Origin: Nitrospiraceae bacterium | GTDB taxonomy: Bacteria > Nitrospirota > Nitrospiria > Nitrospirales > Nitrospiraceae | Assembly: GCA_050246315.1 (NCBI GenBank) | Contig: JBFWWG010000004.1 | Location: 128,001 to 192,000 of the forward strand | Reading direction: 5' to 3' | DNA: 64,000 nucleotides | The notes under the pieces: generated by a model | Seen by the model: the letters and a program-made list of their open reading frames with translations, nothing else | Database searches by the model: none | Told to the model about the DNA's origin: nothing | In this document: positions 56,639-64,000 of the stretch, piece by piece | Layout: every line of letters begins with the position of its first letter | How positions within the stretch are numbered: position 1 is the first letter of the stretch | Position numbers and translations under genes: made by a program

Positions 56639-57630
56639 ACCATAGCCTCGGCGCCCGCGCCTCCCACGACGATCTTGCCTTCCTCCTCCAATCTGCGGAC
56701 CGTCTGAAGGATCTTCTGCTGCGCCCGTTCGATGTCCGTCACCTTCGCCGGCCCCTTCGCTTCCATGTCTTCCCTGAGGCCCTCGGCCGCTCGGCTCGAC
56801 ATGTTCTTGAAGATCTTGTCCTTGATCGCATGACTAGCGGCACGGAGGGCGAGCGTCAGCTCTTCCTTCCCCACTTCTTTCAGCAATTCCTGAATGCCGC
56901 GATCATCGATCTTGATCAAGTCGTCAAACACGAACATGAGGGACCGGATCGTATCAGCCAGCGCGGCATCTCGTTCGGCCAGCTTGGCCATGATGGTCCC
57001 CCCGTTGGTCTTGTCCAACCGGTTGAGGATATCGGCTGTGACCTTCGTGCCGCCGATACTCATGGATTGCGGGCGGGAGCGATCTTGCAAGACTTCCTCC
57101 AACACGTCGCTCAAGTGTTGCAACATATCGGGCTGAACCTCGTCCATCGTCGCCAATCGATGCAGCGTGTCGCTCCGCAATCCCTCCGGCAGTAGCGCGA
57201 TGACCTGGCTTGCCTGTTCCGGGTCCAGATGAGCCAAGACCACCGCGATCGTCTGGGGATGTTCGACCCGTAGCAGAGTGGCCACCGTCTTGGCGTCCAG
57301 CCATTTCAGCGTGTCGATGCCCGGATAGGTTTCCGTGGTCAACGAACGCATCAACTGCGTGGCCTTCCCGGTGCCCAACGCCTTGTCCAGTACGGTCTTC
57401 ACATATTTCCTGCCCTCGACGCCGATCTCGCCGCCGGAGGCGGCCGCCTTGAAGTCCTGAATCACCTCATGCTCCTGCTCCTTGGAAATCGAAGACAGAG
57501 CTGCGAGGTGGGCGCCGAGCTTGCGAATTTCCGTGGGAGACAGATGCTTCATCACGGCAGCGGCGGCATCTTCTCCAATGGTCAACAGCAGAATCGCGGC
57601 CTTTTGCTCACCCGTGAGCCGGTTCGTCAT
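56635..57630 (-). CDS. fliG: Rotor protein FliG
   Basis: KAAILLL.IGE, EHPQTIA, MFVFDD and NMSSRA motifs. Confidence 0.96.
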   Translation of the reverse strand: MTNRLTGEQKAAILLLTIGEDAAAAVMKHLSPTEIRKLGAHLAALSSISKEQEHEVIQDFKAAASGGEIGVEGRKYVKTVLDKALGTGKATQLMRSLTTETYPGIDTLKWLDAKTVATLLRVEHPQTIAVVLAHLDPEQASQVIALLPEGLRSDTLHRLATMDEVQPDMLQHLSDVLEEVLQDRSRPQSMSIGGTKVTADILNRLDKTNGGTIMAKLAERDAALADTIRSLMFVFDDLIKIDDRGIQELLKEVGKEELTLALRAASHAIKDKIFKNMSSRAAEGLREDMEAKGPAKVTDIERAQQKILQTVRRLEEEGKIVVGGAGAEAMV

Positions 57631-57639
57631 GAAGACCCC

Positions 57640-59241
57640 TTATGCGTTGTTGTTGAGCCACTGCTTGACAACCAGTGCGGTGGATTCCGGATTGCTCTTG
57701 GCCATATCGAGAATCTGCGCGTGGTGGGACGCTCCGGGAAGGCCTTCGGCCCGTACCTGGCCGACAGGCATGGGGGAGTGGGGTGTCCCAGTCCCACCGC
57801 CTGCTCCGGCGCGCAGTCCCATCCTCGTCTCCGTATCGGAGGGAGCGGTCATCACCGCGATGAGCGGCCGGACGACAAAGAACAGGATGAGCAGAAACAG
57901 CACCGTGCCGACTCCATAGCGGACATATTGCGCCCACGACATCGGGCTGGAGGCGGCGTCAACGCTCGTGCCGGCGTCCTCCTCCTGACCGAATCCGAAC
58001 TGCGCATTCACCACCTGCACCTCGTCGCCGCGTTCTGCGTTGTACCCCATGGCTTTCTTGACGATGGCCTCGATCTGTTTCATCTCCTCCTCGGACCGGG
58101 GACTGTACTTCCTCGGCGCCTCTCCCTCCGTCACAGCCTGAGCGGTATCGCTCTTGACCATGTCATATCGGCCATCGACCAGCACGGCAGCGGACAGTTT
58201 CTTGACAGTGCCGATCGGTTCCACGATTTTGGAGACGGTCCGGCTGATCTCGTAATTGACGGTCTCGTTCTTGTTCTGGCTTGTGTTCGTGCTGGTCTGG
58301 GTCGGTTCTGCGTCTTTTCCGGGCGGCACATTGGACGCCACTCCCGGGACACCGCCCGACACTCCATTCGTTCCAGCCGACTTTTCCTGTGCCCGTTGCT
58401 CGCTCCGTACCACCTGGCCATTGGGATCGTATCGCTCCTCGGTCGTCTCGACCTGGCGAAAGTCCAACACACTCGAGACGCGCACCACCGCCTTATTCGC
58501 TCCCACGATGTGCTCCAACATGGTTTGGATGCGGCCTTCAATGTCCTTCTCGATCGTCCGCTGATATTCCAGTTGCGAATCCGTCAGTCGCGCGCCGTCG
58601 TCCTGCGACGACCCGGACAGCAATCGTCCATGCCCGTCTACGATCGTGACGTCTTGAGGTTGGAGCCCCTCCACGCTGCTCGCCACCAAGTGCACGATGC
58701 CCTGGATTTGCGCCTTGCTCAGCGACTGTGCTCCTCGGAGGCTCAGCACCACGGACGCGCGGGACCGTTCTTGATTGGCATTGAACAGTCGCCGCTCGGG
58801 AATCGAAAGATGAATCCGCGCGCGTTCGACCTCCGGCATCTGGGCGATGGTGCGCGCCAATTCTCCCTGCAACGCCCGCCGGTAGTTCACCTTCTGCACG
58901 AACTCTGATACACCCAACGACGTCCGATCGAAGATTTCGAACCCGAATCCACCGCCATGGGGCAGGCCCTGCCCGGCCAATTGGAGACGAAGATCGTGCA
59001 CCTGCGTGCTGGGCACGAGAATCGACGTGCCTCCCGCTCCCAGTTCGTAGGGCACCTTCATGTTCTTGAGCCGGTCCACGATGGAACCGGCATCATCAGC
59101 GGCAAGATTCGTGAAGAGCACCTGCATGTCCGGTTGCTGAGTCCAGAGGGCCACGGCGGCGAGACCGGCGATGGCGGCCGCGAGGGCAACCATGACCGCA
59201 AACCGTTGCGTGAGGGAGAGCGTGGCGAACTTCGCAAGCAT
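57640..59241 (-). CDS. fliF: MS-ring protein FliF
   Basis: GFEIFD...G.SEF...YRRALQGELARTI, ASVVL and LVASSVEGL. Confidence 0.96.
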   Translation of the reverse strand: MLAKFATLSLTQRFAVMVALAAAIAGLAAVALWTQQPDMQVLFTNLAADDAGSIVDRLKNMKVPYELGAGGTSILVPSTQVHDLRLQLAGQGLPHGGGFGFEIFDRTSLGVSEFVQKVNYRRALQGELARTIAQMPEVERARIHLSIPERRLFNANQERSRASVVLSLRGAQSLSKAQIQGIVHLVASSVEGLQPQDVTIVDGHGRLLSGSSQDDGARLTDSQLEYQRTIEKDIEGRIQTMLEHIVGANKAVVRVSSVLDFRQVETTEERYDPNGQVVRSEQRAQEKSAGTNGVSGGVPGVASNVPPGKDAEPTQTSTNTSQNKNETVNYEISRTVSKIVEPIGTVKKLSAAVLVDGRYDMVKSDTAQAVTEGEAPRKYSPRSEEEMKQIEAIVKKAMGYNAERGDEVQVVNAQFGFGQEEDAGTSVDAASSPMSWAQYVRYGVGTVLFLLILFFVVRPLIAVMTAPSDTETRMGLRAGAGGGTGTPHSPMPVGQVRAEGLPGASHHAQILDMAKSNPESTALVVKQWLNNNA

Positions 59242-59262
59242 AGATCAGACGGGCTCAGCAGC

Positions 59263-59565
59263 TCATATTTGCATCCGGTTCATTTCTTCGTAAGCCGCCA
59301 CCAGCTTATTGCGGACCTGCATCATCAACTGGAAAGACGCATCGGCCTTCTGCAACGCCACCATCGTCTGATGGACATTCTCGGTCTGGCCCGTCATCAG
59401 GGCATCCACCGCACGGCCGGCTTCCAGTTGCAGATCGTTCACCTGGCTGATCGCCGATTTGAGCGAATCCAAGAACGGTCTCCCACCCTGGCCTGCCAGG
59501 GCCGACGGGGCGGTGGCTTCATGGAGATTCGAGGGCGAGATCCCTGATATCGCGGTTGGGTCCAT
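59263..59565 (-). CDS. fliE: FliE
   Basis: VHQTMVALQKA..FQLMMQVRNKLV.AY.E..RMQI. Confidence 0.95.
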   Translation of the reverse strand: MDPTAISGISPSNLHEATAPSALAGQGGRPFLDSLKSAISQVNDLQLEAGRAVDALMTGQTENVHQTMVALQKADASFQLMMQVRNKLVAAYEEMNRMQI

Positions 59566-59582
59566 CGCGTGCCTCCTCGCCG

Positions 59583-60032
59583 TTATCTGCCGATATCCAG
59601 CGCCCGATTCCACATCGCGCGTGTGGCATTGATCGCCTGCACATTTGCCTCGTAGGCTCGGGACGCGCCGATCATATTGACCATCTCTTCCATGACATTG
59701 ACGTTGGGCATGATGACGTACCCCTTGGCATTCGCGTCCGGATGCTTGGGATCGTAGATGGACTGCCCGGGCTTGAAGTCCTCAATGACACGCGCGACCC
59801 GCACACCGTGGGCGTCCCCGCCCGATCCGCCGGAGACTGCGCGATTCAGCGCCCGCTGAAACGGAGGCGCGACCGGGGTGGCTTGGAACACCACGTCACG
59901 CCGGCGATAGGGGCCGCCGTTCACCGATCTGGTCGACTGTGCGTTGGCAAGATTGCTCGCAATGACGTTGATGCGTCGGCGTTGCGCGTCGAGCGCCGAA
60001 ACCGAAGGAGCCAGACTGTCTGAAATGTCCAT
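59583..60032 (-). CDS. flgC: Rod protein FlgC
   Basis: IASNLANAQST, GPYRRR and YDPKHPDAN..GYV.MPNVN..EEM. Confidence 0.96.
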   Translation of the reverse strand: MDISDSLAPSVSALDAQRRRINVIASNLANAQSTRSVNGGPYRRRDVVFQATPVAPPFQRALNRAVSGGSGGDAHGVRVARVIEDFKPGQSIYDPKHPDANAKGYVIMPNVNVMEEMVNMIGASRAYEANVQAINATRAMWNRALDIGR

Positions 60033-60096
60033 GACGTGGCCTCCATACCGCGCTTCGCTTGAGCCGGCGGCTCTTCGAGCGAAGCCCCTCTTCATT

Positions 60097-60312
60097 GATG
60101 CCGCTGAAGAAACCCCTTTCGCGAGTCTTCCTTCCTCCGGCCTTCATAGGCCGCCGGAGAGGTCTCGCCGTCGATCCGAGTCCGACACTCCACGCTTCGC
60201 TACAGCCGTCCGCTCCGTGACGAACGACCCTTAGTCGAACCGGCGGTGCGTTCGATCACTCTGGGCAGCCGGAGAACAACGCCTCAAGTGATTCGCCTCT
60301 TCATCGCCTGCT
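60097..60312. mobile_element. Possible degenerate MITE or structured repeat between flgB and flgC
   Basis: Unusual 315-bp gap with imperfect terminal inverted repeats (GATGCCGCTGAAGAAA ... CCTCTTCATCGCCTGCT) and several internal hairpins. Confidence 0.3.
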
Positions 60313-60347
60313 CGCGTCTTTTGCGAACCGATCGCTCCTGTGCCGCC

Positions 60348-60755
60348 TCAACGCCCTTCTCGGATTGTCCCGAGCAATTGCCGCAAGCGCGCGCCCATGA
60401 TCGTCGCCGCGGTGTTGTAGTGCATCGCGTTATCCGAAAGCTTGGCCATCTCAAATTCCAGATTCACCGTATTGGCATCGAGTGGCACATCGCCTTCGCC
60501 GGTTTCCACCACTCGACCACCTGTGCGGGCGATTGCGTCGCCGCGGACGCCGAGATGAAGCCCATGCGTGGCAGCCAGGGACACGCCGGATCGATCTTGG
60601 GCCGCCGACAGGAGGGCGTCCTGAAACCGCATGTCCTTCGAACGATAGCCCGGCGTTTCCTCGTTCGCGATGTTGGAGACGATCACCTGATGCCGGGCCG
60701 CCCGCAAATCCAAGGTCCGTTCAATTAACCGCATGGTCTTGTCGAAAATGGTCAT
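60348..60755 (-). CDS. flgB: Rod protein FlgB
   Basis: R.QVIVSNIAN.ETPGYRSKD..F and D.NTVNLE.EM. Confidence 0.96.
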   Translation of the reverse strand: MTIFDKTMRLIERTLDLRAARHQVIVSNIANEETPGYRSKDMRFQDALLSAAQDRSGVSLAATHGLHLGVRGDAIARTGGRVVETGEGDVPLDANTVNLEFEMAKLSDNAMHYNTAATIMGARLRQLLGTIREGR

Positions 60756-60789
60756 GGCTCGCCTCGTCGTCTAGTCCACTCATCAACGT

Positions 60790-60805
60790 AGCAAACGTCA
60801 TTCCT
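60790..60805 (-). promoter_or_regulatory. sigma54 promoter for the flgB operon
   Basis: AGGAAT-GACGT-TTGCT (GG-N10-GC). Confidence 0.75.
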
Positions 60806-60871
60806 CTGACAAGCACGCGATCCCGCCGTCTGGTGGCCGGTTCTCCGCGGCCATTTGGCAAGTCGGCGGAC

Positions 60872-60913
60872 CGGCAAGCGGTGCCGCGGCAGCTCACCCG
60901 GCAGGTTTTGCCG
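60872..60913. promoter_or_regulatory. Tandem candidate enhancer sites (CGGCA-N5-TGCCG)
   Basis: CGGCAAGCGGTGCCG (60872-60886) and CGGCAGGTTTTGCCG (60899-60913), upstream of the flgB sigma54 promoter. Confidence 0.55.
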
Positions 60914-60929
60914 CGGAGGAATATTTGTC

Positions 60930-62369
60930 CTACCCCCCGCCATATGGCCAGTCGCGCATAGATGGTCTCCCGATCGTGAGCTCCCGATACTCACGCAGCT
61001 TGTTACGCAGCGTCCTGACACTGATCCCCAATTCCTTGGCCGCCTTGGTCCGATTCTGATTCACACGGGCCAACGTGCCGACGATCAGCTCCCGTTCCAT
61101 GTCGCGAAGGGACCCTGTGGAGGGCACCTCTGTCCGACCTATGGGCTGAAGGGCCGTTGCCTGAGCCTGGGTGTCTGGGAGGCTCGGTTCGACCGGGAGG
61201 TGCATCGGATCGATCACTCCATTCCCGGTCAGCAGCACCGCCCGCTCGACTGCATTCTCAAGCTCGCGGATATTGCCTTTCCATGTCCGCTTGGCCAGTT
61301 CCTCCGCCGCCGCTTCGGACAACAACGGCACGGGGACCCCGTTGCGCGCTGCCGCCTGGTGGACAAAATGCCTGGCCAGCACGGCTATGTCGGCACGCCG
61401 TTCCCGCAACGGCGGCAATGTCACGGGAAACACATTCAAACGGTAGTACAGGTCCTCCCGGAACCGTCCCTGCTCGACCTCACGATGCAACGGACGATTC
61501 GTCGTTGCGATGACGCGGATGTTGATCGAGACAGGAGCAATCCCGCCGATACGATCCACCTCCCGTTCCTGCAACACCCGCAACAACTTCGCTTGAAGCG
61601 GTAGGGCCATCTCGCTGATTTCGTCCAACAGGATGGTACCCTGATGAGCCAGCTCGAACTTGCCAAGCTTCCGGACCATCGCCCCAGTAAAGGCGCCCCG
61701 TTCATGGCCGAACAGCTCGCTTTCCAACAACCCGTCCGGCAGCGCGGCGCAGTTCACCGCCACAAATGGCCGCTGCGCCCGAGGGCTGCGGCTGTGGATG
61801 AACCGAGCCAACAATTCCTTACCGGTTCCACTCTCCCCCGCGATGAGAATCGTCGCCTGCGAGAGCGCCACACTCTCCACTTGATTCAATAGTCGACGCA
61901 TCGCCGGATCGTCGGTCAGAATAGGGCGCGCGGGCGTCATCTGGGTGGTGTCCGCCACTGTCATCTCGAGGCCTGCTCCCGGAAGCCCCGACACGACTCG
62001 CTCCAACACGTCCGTCGCAAAGGGCTTCAGCAAGAAATCGCTCGCTCCCAGCTTGATCGCCTCGACTGCCGTTTCCACGGAACCGAAGGCGGTCATCACC
62101 ACGACGTGCGTCTGCGGTGTTCTCCGTTTGATCTCCCGCACCAGGGCAATGCCGCCCAGCCTCGGCATCTTCATATCAGTCAGCACCAACCAGGGCTTGG
62201 CGTCGGCCAACCGGTCCAACGCATCGCGGCCGTCGACGGCTTGGAACACCAAATAGCCTCTCCGTCGCAAAGATTCCGTCAGTGCGGTCCGCATGGCCGG
62301 CTCATCGTCCACAACCAGGACGGTCCGCAGCGGTGCGAGCGCAGTGTCCTCGACCGACCCCGTCAACAT
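60930..62369 (-). CDS. sigma54-dependent response regulator (REC-AAA+-Fis HTH), FleR/FlgR-like
   Basis: VVDDE..TDMKMP, GESGTGKE, GAFTGA, LDEISE and AAKELGISVRTLRNKL. Confidence 0.95.
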   Translation of the reverse strand: MLTGSVEDTALAPLRTVLVVDDEPAMRTALTESLRRRGYLVFQAVDGRDALDRLADAKPWLVLTDMKMPRLGGIALVREIKRRTPQTHVVVMTAFGSVETAVEAIKLGASDFLLKPFATDVLERVVSGLPGAGLEMTVADTTQMTPARPILTDDPAMRRLLNQVESVALSQATILIAGESGTGKELLARFIHSRSPRAQRPFVAVNCAALPDGLLESELFGHERGAFTGAMVRKLGKFELAHQGTILLDEISEMALPLQAKLLRVLQEREVDRIGGIAPVSINIRVIATTNRPLHREVEQGRFREDLYYRLNVFPVTLPPLRERRADIAVLARHFVHQAAARNGVPVPLLSEAAAEELAKRTWKGNIRELENAVERAVLLTGNGVIDPMHLPVEPSLPDTQAQATALQPIGRTEVPSTGSLRDMERELIVGTLARVNQNRTKAAKELGISVRTLRNKLREYRELTIGRPSMRDWPYGGG

Positions 62370-63649
62370 GTGCGCGACTCCTGCCGTTCGTCGACTTGTC
62401 TCATCCTGCGACGAGCCTGCACACTCAGCGCCCGATTGTCCTGCGGCAGCACGACCGTCACAACCGTCCCCCGATTCAATTCGCTCTCGACATCCACTCG
62501 TCCCTCATGCCCCTCCACCAGGGCATGCACGATGGCCAGTCCCAGACCGGTGCCATCCTCGCGGGTCGTGAAGAACGGATCAAACATCCGAGACAGGTGC
62601 GCGGGCTCGATGCCTGTCCCCGTGTCCCTGACCGCAAGGTGAACCACCGGCTGATCCTGCAATGAACGGCGCTGCTCGCTCGCCGCGATTGTCACACGCC
62701 CGCCATCGGGCATCGCCTCCACGGCGTTCAGAATCAGATTCACGAGCACCTGACGCATCTGCATCCCGTCACACCACAGATTCGGCGGCGCCTTGTCCAG
62801 ATCGACCTCCATCGTCACGCGAGACCGGTTGAGGGCATGCGCCGCCAATGTCAGCGAATCGCTCACAAGCCCGTCGACTGCATGCCATGCCTTCTTCGGC
62901 TTCGCCGGTCTGGTATAGGTCAAGAGATTGGACAGCAATCGATCCATCGCTTGCACCGCGAGAGAGATATGCTCCGTGTAGGAGCGCAAGGTTGGGTCCT
63001 GCTCCAAATCCTGCCGCAACATCGATGCAAACAACTCGACGCTTCCCAGCGGGTTGCGAATCTCATGCGCGATGCGTCCGACCATCTCTCCCATTGATGC
63101 CAGACGATCCCGTCGGTGCAGCCGTTCCTCCAGCCGATGCAGGTCCGTGATATCGTGCAACAGAATCACCGTCCCCACCGCCTGTCCTCCGTCCCGATGG
63201 GCCAAGGTCCGCGACATCGTAATCAACGCCCCCGTCTTCGTGACCAAGGGGTAGTGCGTCGGACACGGCCAGGGCGGCTGATGCACCTCAAGCCCCTGCT
63301 CCTTCAGGAACGACTGTAATTCATGCCCGAGAATATTCTCCGTCCCGATACCCAACAACAGAGCAGTCGCCCGATTACAACGATGAATTCTTCCCTGCTG
63401 ATCTGCGACCAGCACGCCGGTGGACAACGACTCCAGGATGGCCTGGAGTTCGCTGCATACGGCTTCGTTCTTGAGCAGGTTGAGACGGAGCGCCTCGTTT
63501 CGGTCGGCCAGTTCAAGATCCAATTGCTCGACCTTGACCTGGAGCGCCCGATAGGACTGTTCCAGCGCCGCGGTGGCCGCTCCGAAACTACGGAACGCCT
63601 CTCGAAGCAGCTCAGCTCCGACCGGCTCTGTCGAGACCGCCTGATCCAT
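62363..63649 (-). CDS. Cytoplasmic PAS histidine kinase, FleS/FlgS-like
   Basis: IAHEIRNPL, NLILNAVEAM, DTGTGI, FDPFFTT and GTGLGL; no TM segment. Confidence 0.93.
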   Translation of the reverse strand: MDQAVSTEPVGAELLREAFRSFGAATAALEQSYRALQVKVEQLDLELADRNEALRLNLLKNEAVCSELQAILESLSTGVLVADQQGRIHRCNRATALLLGIGTENILGHELQSFLKEQGLEVHQPPWPCPTHYPLVTKTGALITMSRTLAHRDGGQAVGTVILLHDITDLHRLEERLHRRDRLASMGEMVGRIAHEIRNPLGSVELFASMLRQDLEQDPTLRSYTEHISLAVQAMDRLLSNLLTYTRPAKPKKAWHAVDGLVSDSLTLAAHALNRSRVTMEVDLDKAPPNLWCDGMQMRQVLVNLILNAVEAMPDGGRVTIAASEQRRSLQDQPVVHLAVRDTGTGIEPAHLSRMFDPFFTTREDGTGLGLAIVHALVEGHEGRVDVESELNRGTVVTVVLPQDNRALSVQARRRMRQVDERQESRTC

Positions 63650-64000
63650 GATGCGTCCCCCTTTCTCGCGCCTGTTCCGTTCGAACAGTGGAGGTAATCA
63701 GCGCCATCGCCCGCCTGAGGACCTCGGTTCTGGCCGTGGCCCTGCCCTTGTCCGCGACCAAGACCGCCTCGTCGTACTGCCCTTGTGTCAACCACAATCT
63801 GGACAGCCGGAATCGAGCGTGCTCGGCCTCATTGGACGAAGGAGCGAGGCGAATCACATCTCCATAGCGCGCCGCTGCAGCCGCAGTCCGCCCGGCTTGC
63901 GCCAGGACATCCGCAAACCGCAGGATCGCGGGCACATCGGTGATCGCGCCCACCCGCTCCGCCAGATCAAAGGTCGCCGCCGCCTCAGCATGGGCTCCCA
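63612..64000 (-). CDS. TPR-containing protein, 5' end outside the window
   Basis: The frame stays open to the right edge (GAHAEAAATFDLAERV...) and contains TPR-like helices (FADVLAQAGRTAAAAARY). Confidence 0.65.
   Translation of the reverse strand, partial: GAHAEAAATFDLAERVGAITDVPAILRFADVLAQAGRTAAAAARYGDVIRLAPSSNEAEHARFRLSRLWLTQGQYDEAVLVADKGRATARTEVLRRAMALITSTVRTEQARERGTHHGSGGLDRAGRS

Noticed and set aside
21166..58908. Long + strand ORFs such as 21166-22533, 39033-40790 and 57469-58908
   Set aside because: They are antisense shadows of well-supported minus-strand genes in GC-rich DNA and have no recognisable motifs.

Overview
GC-rich bacterial window, probably Nitrospira/Nitrospirota. That taxon call is inferred from gene content and order and was not verified. 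About 57 kb (7039-64000) is one nearly complete minus-strand flagellar supercluster, read here from the right edge: TPR protein, FleS/FleR-like sigma54 two-component system, flgBC-fliEFG, a receiver-domain-fused fliH, fliIJ, motE-like, fliK-flgDE, fliLMNOPQR-flhBAF-flhG-fliA, flgFGAHIJMNKL, csrA-fliW, HD-GYP, a ~12 kb flagellin-glycosylation island (two B12-dependent radical SAM enzymes, GT2/GT9/CgeB-type transferases), fliC-flaG-fliD-fliS-fliT-like, PilZ, a small HTH gene and motAB. Six sigma28 promoters, three clear sigma54 promoters plus one variant, and candidate enhancer sites can be read directly from the DNA. Inside the cluster, on the + strand, is a collapsed pseudogenised chemotaxis operon (cheY-cheZ-mcp-cheD-cheB remnants in ~2 kb). 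The best candidate for an undescribed system lies at 1-6900. It consists of a LuxR solo with a non-AHL-type pocket, a 20-bp lux-box palindrome at the luxI-like promoter position, a nitroreductase-fold protein, a FabF-like ketosynthase with an altered Cys-Cys-His active site, and a six-PAS+GAF sensor. This looks like a non-AHL quorum-sensing or small-molecule module. All family calls come from motif recognition by eye; no searches were run. No rRNA, tRNA, CRISPR or intact transposase was seen.
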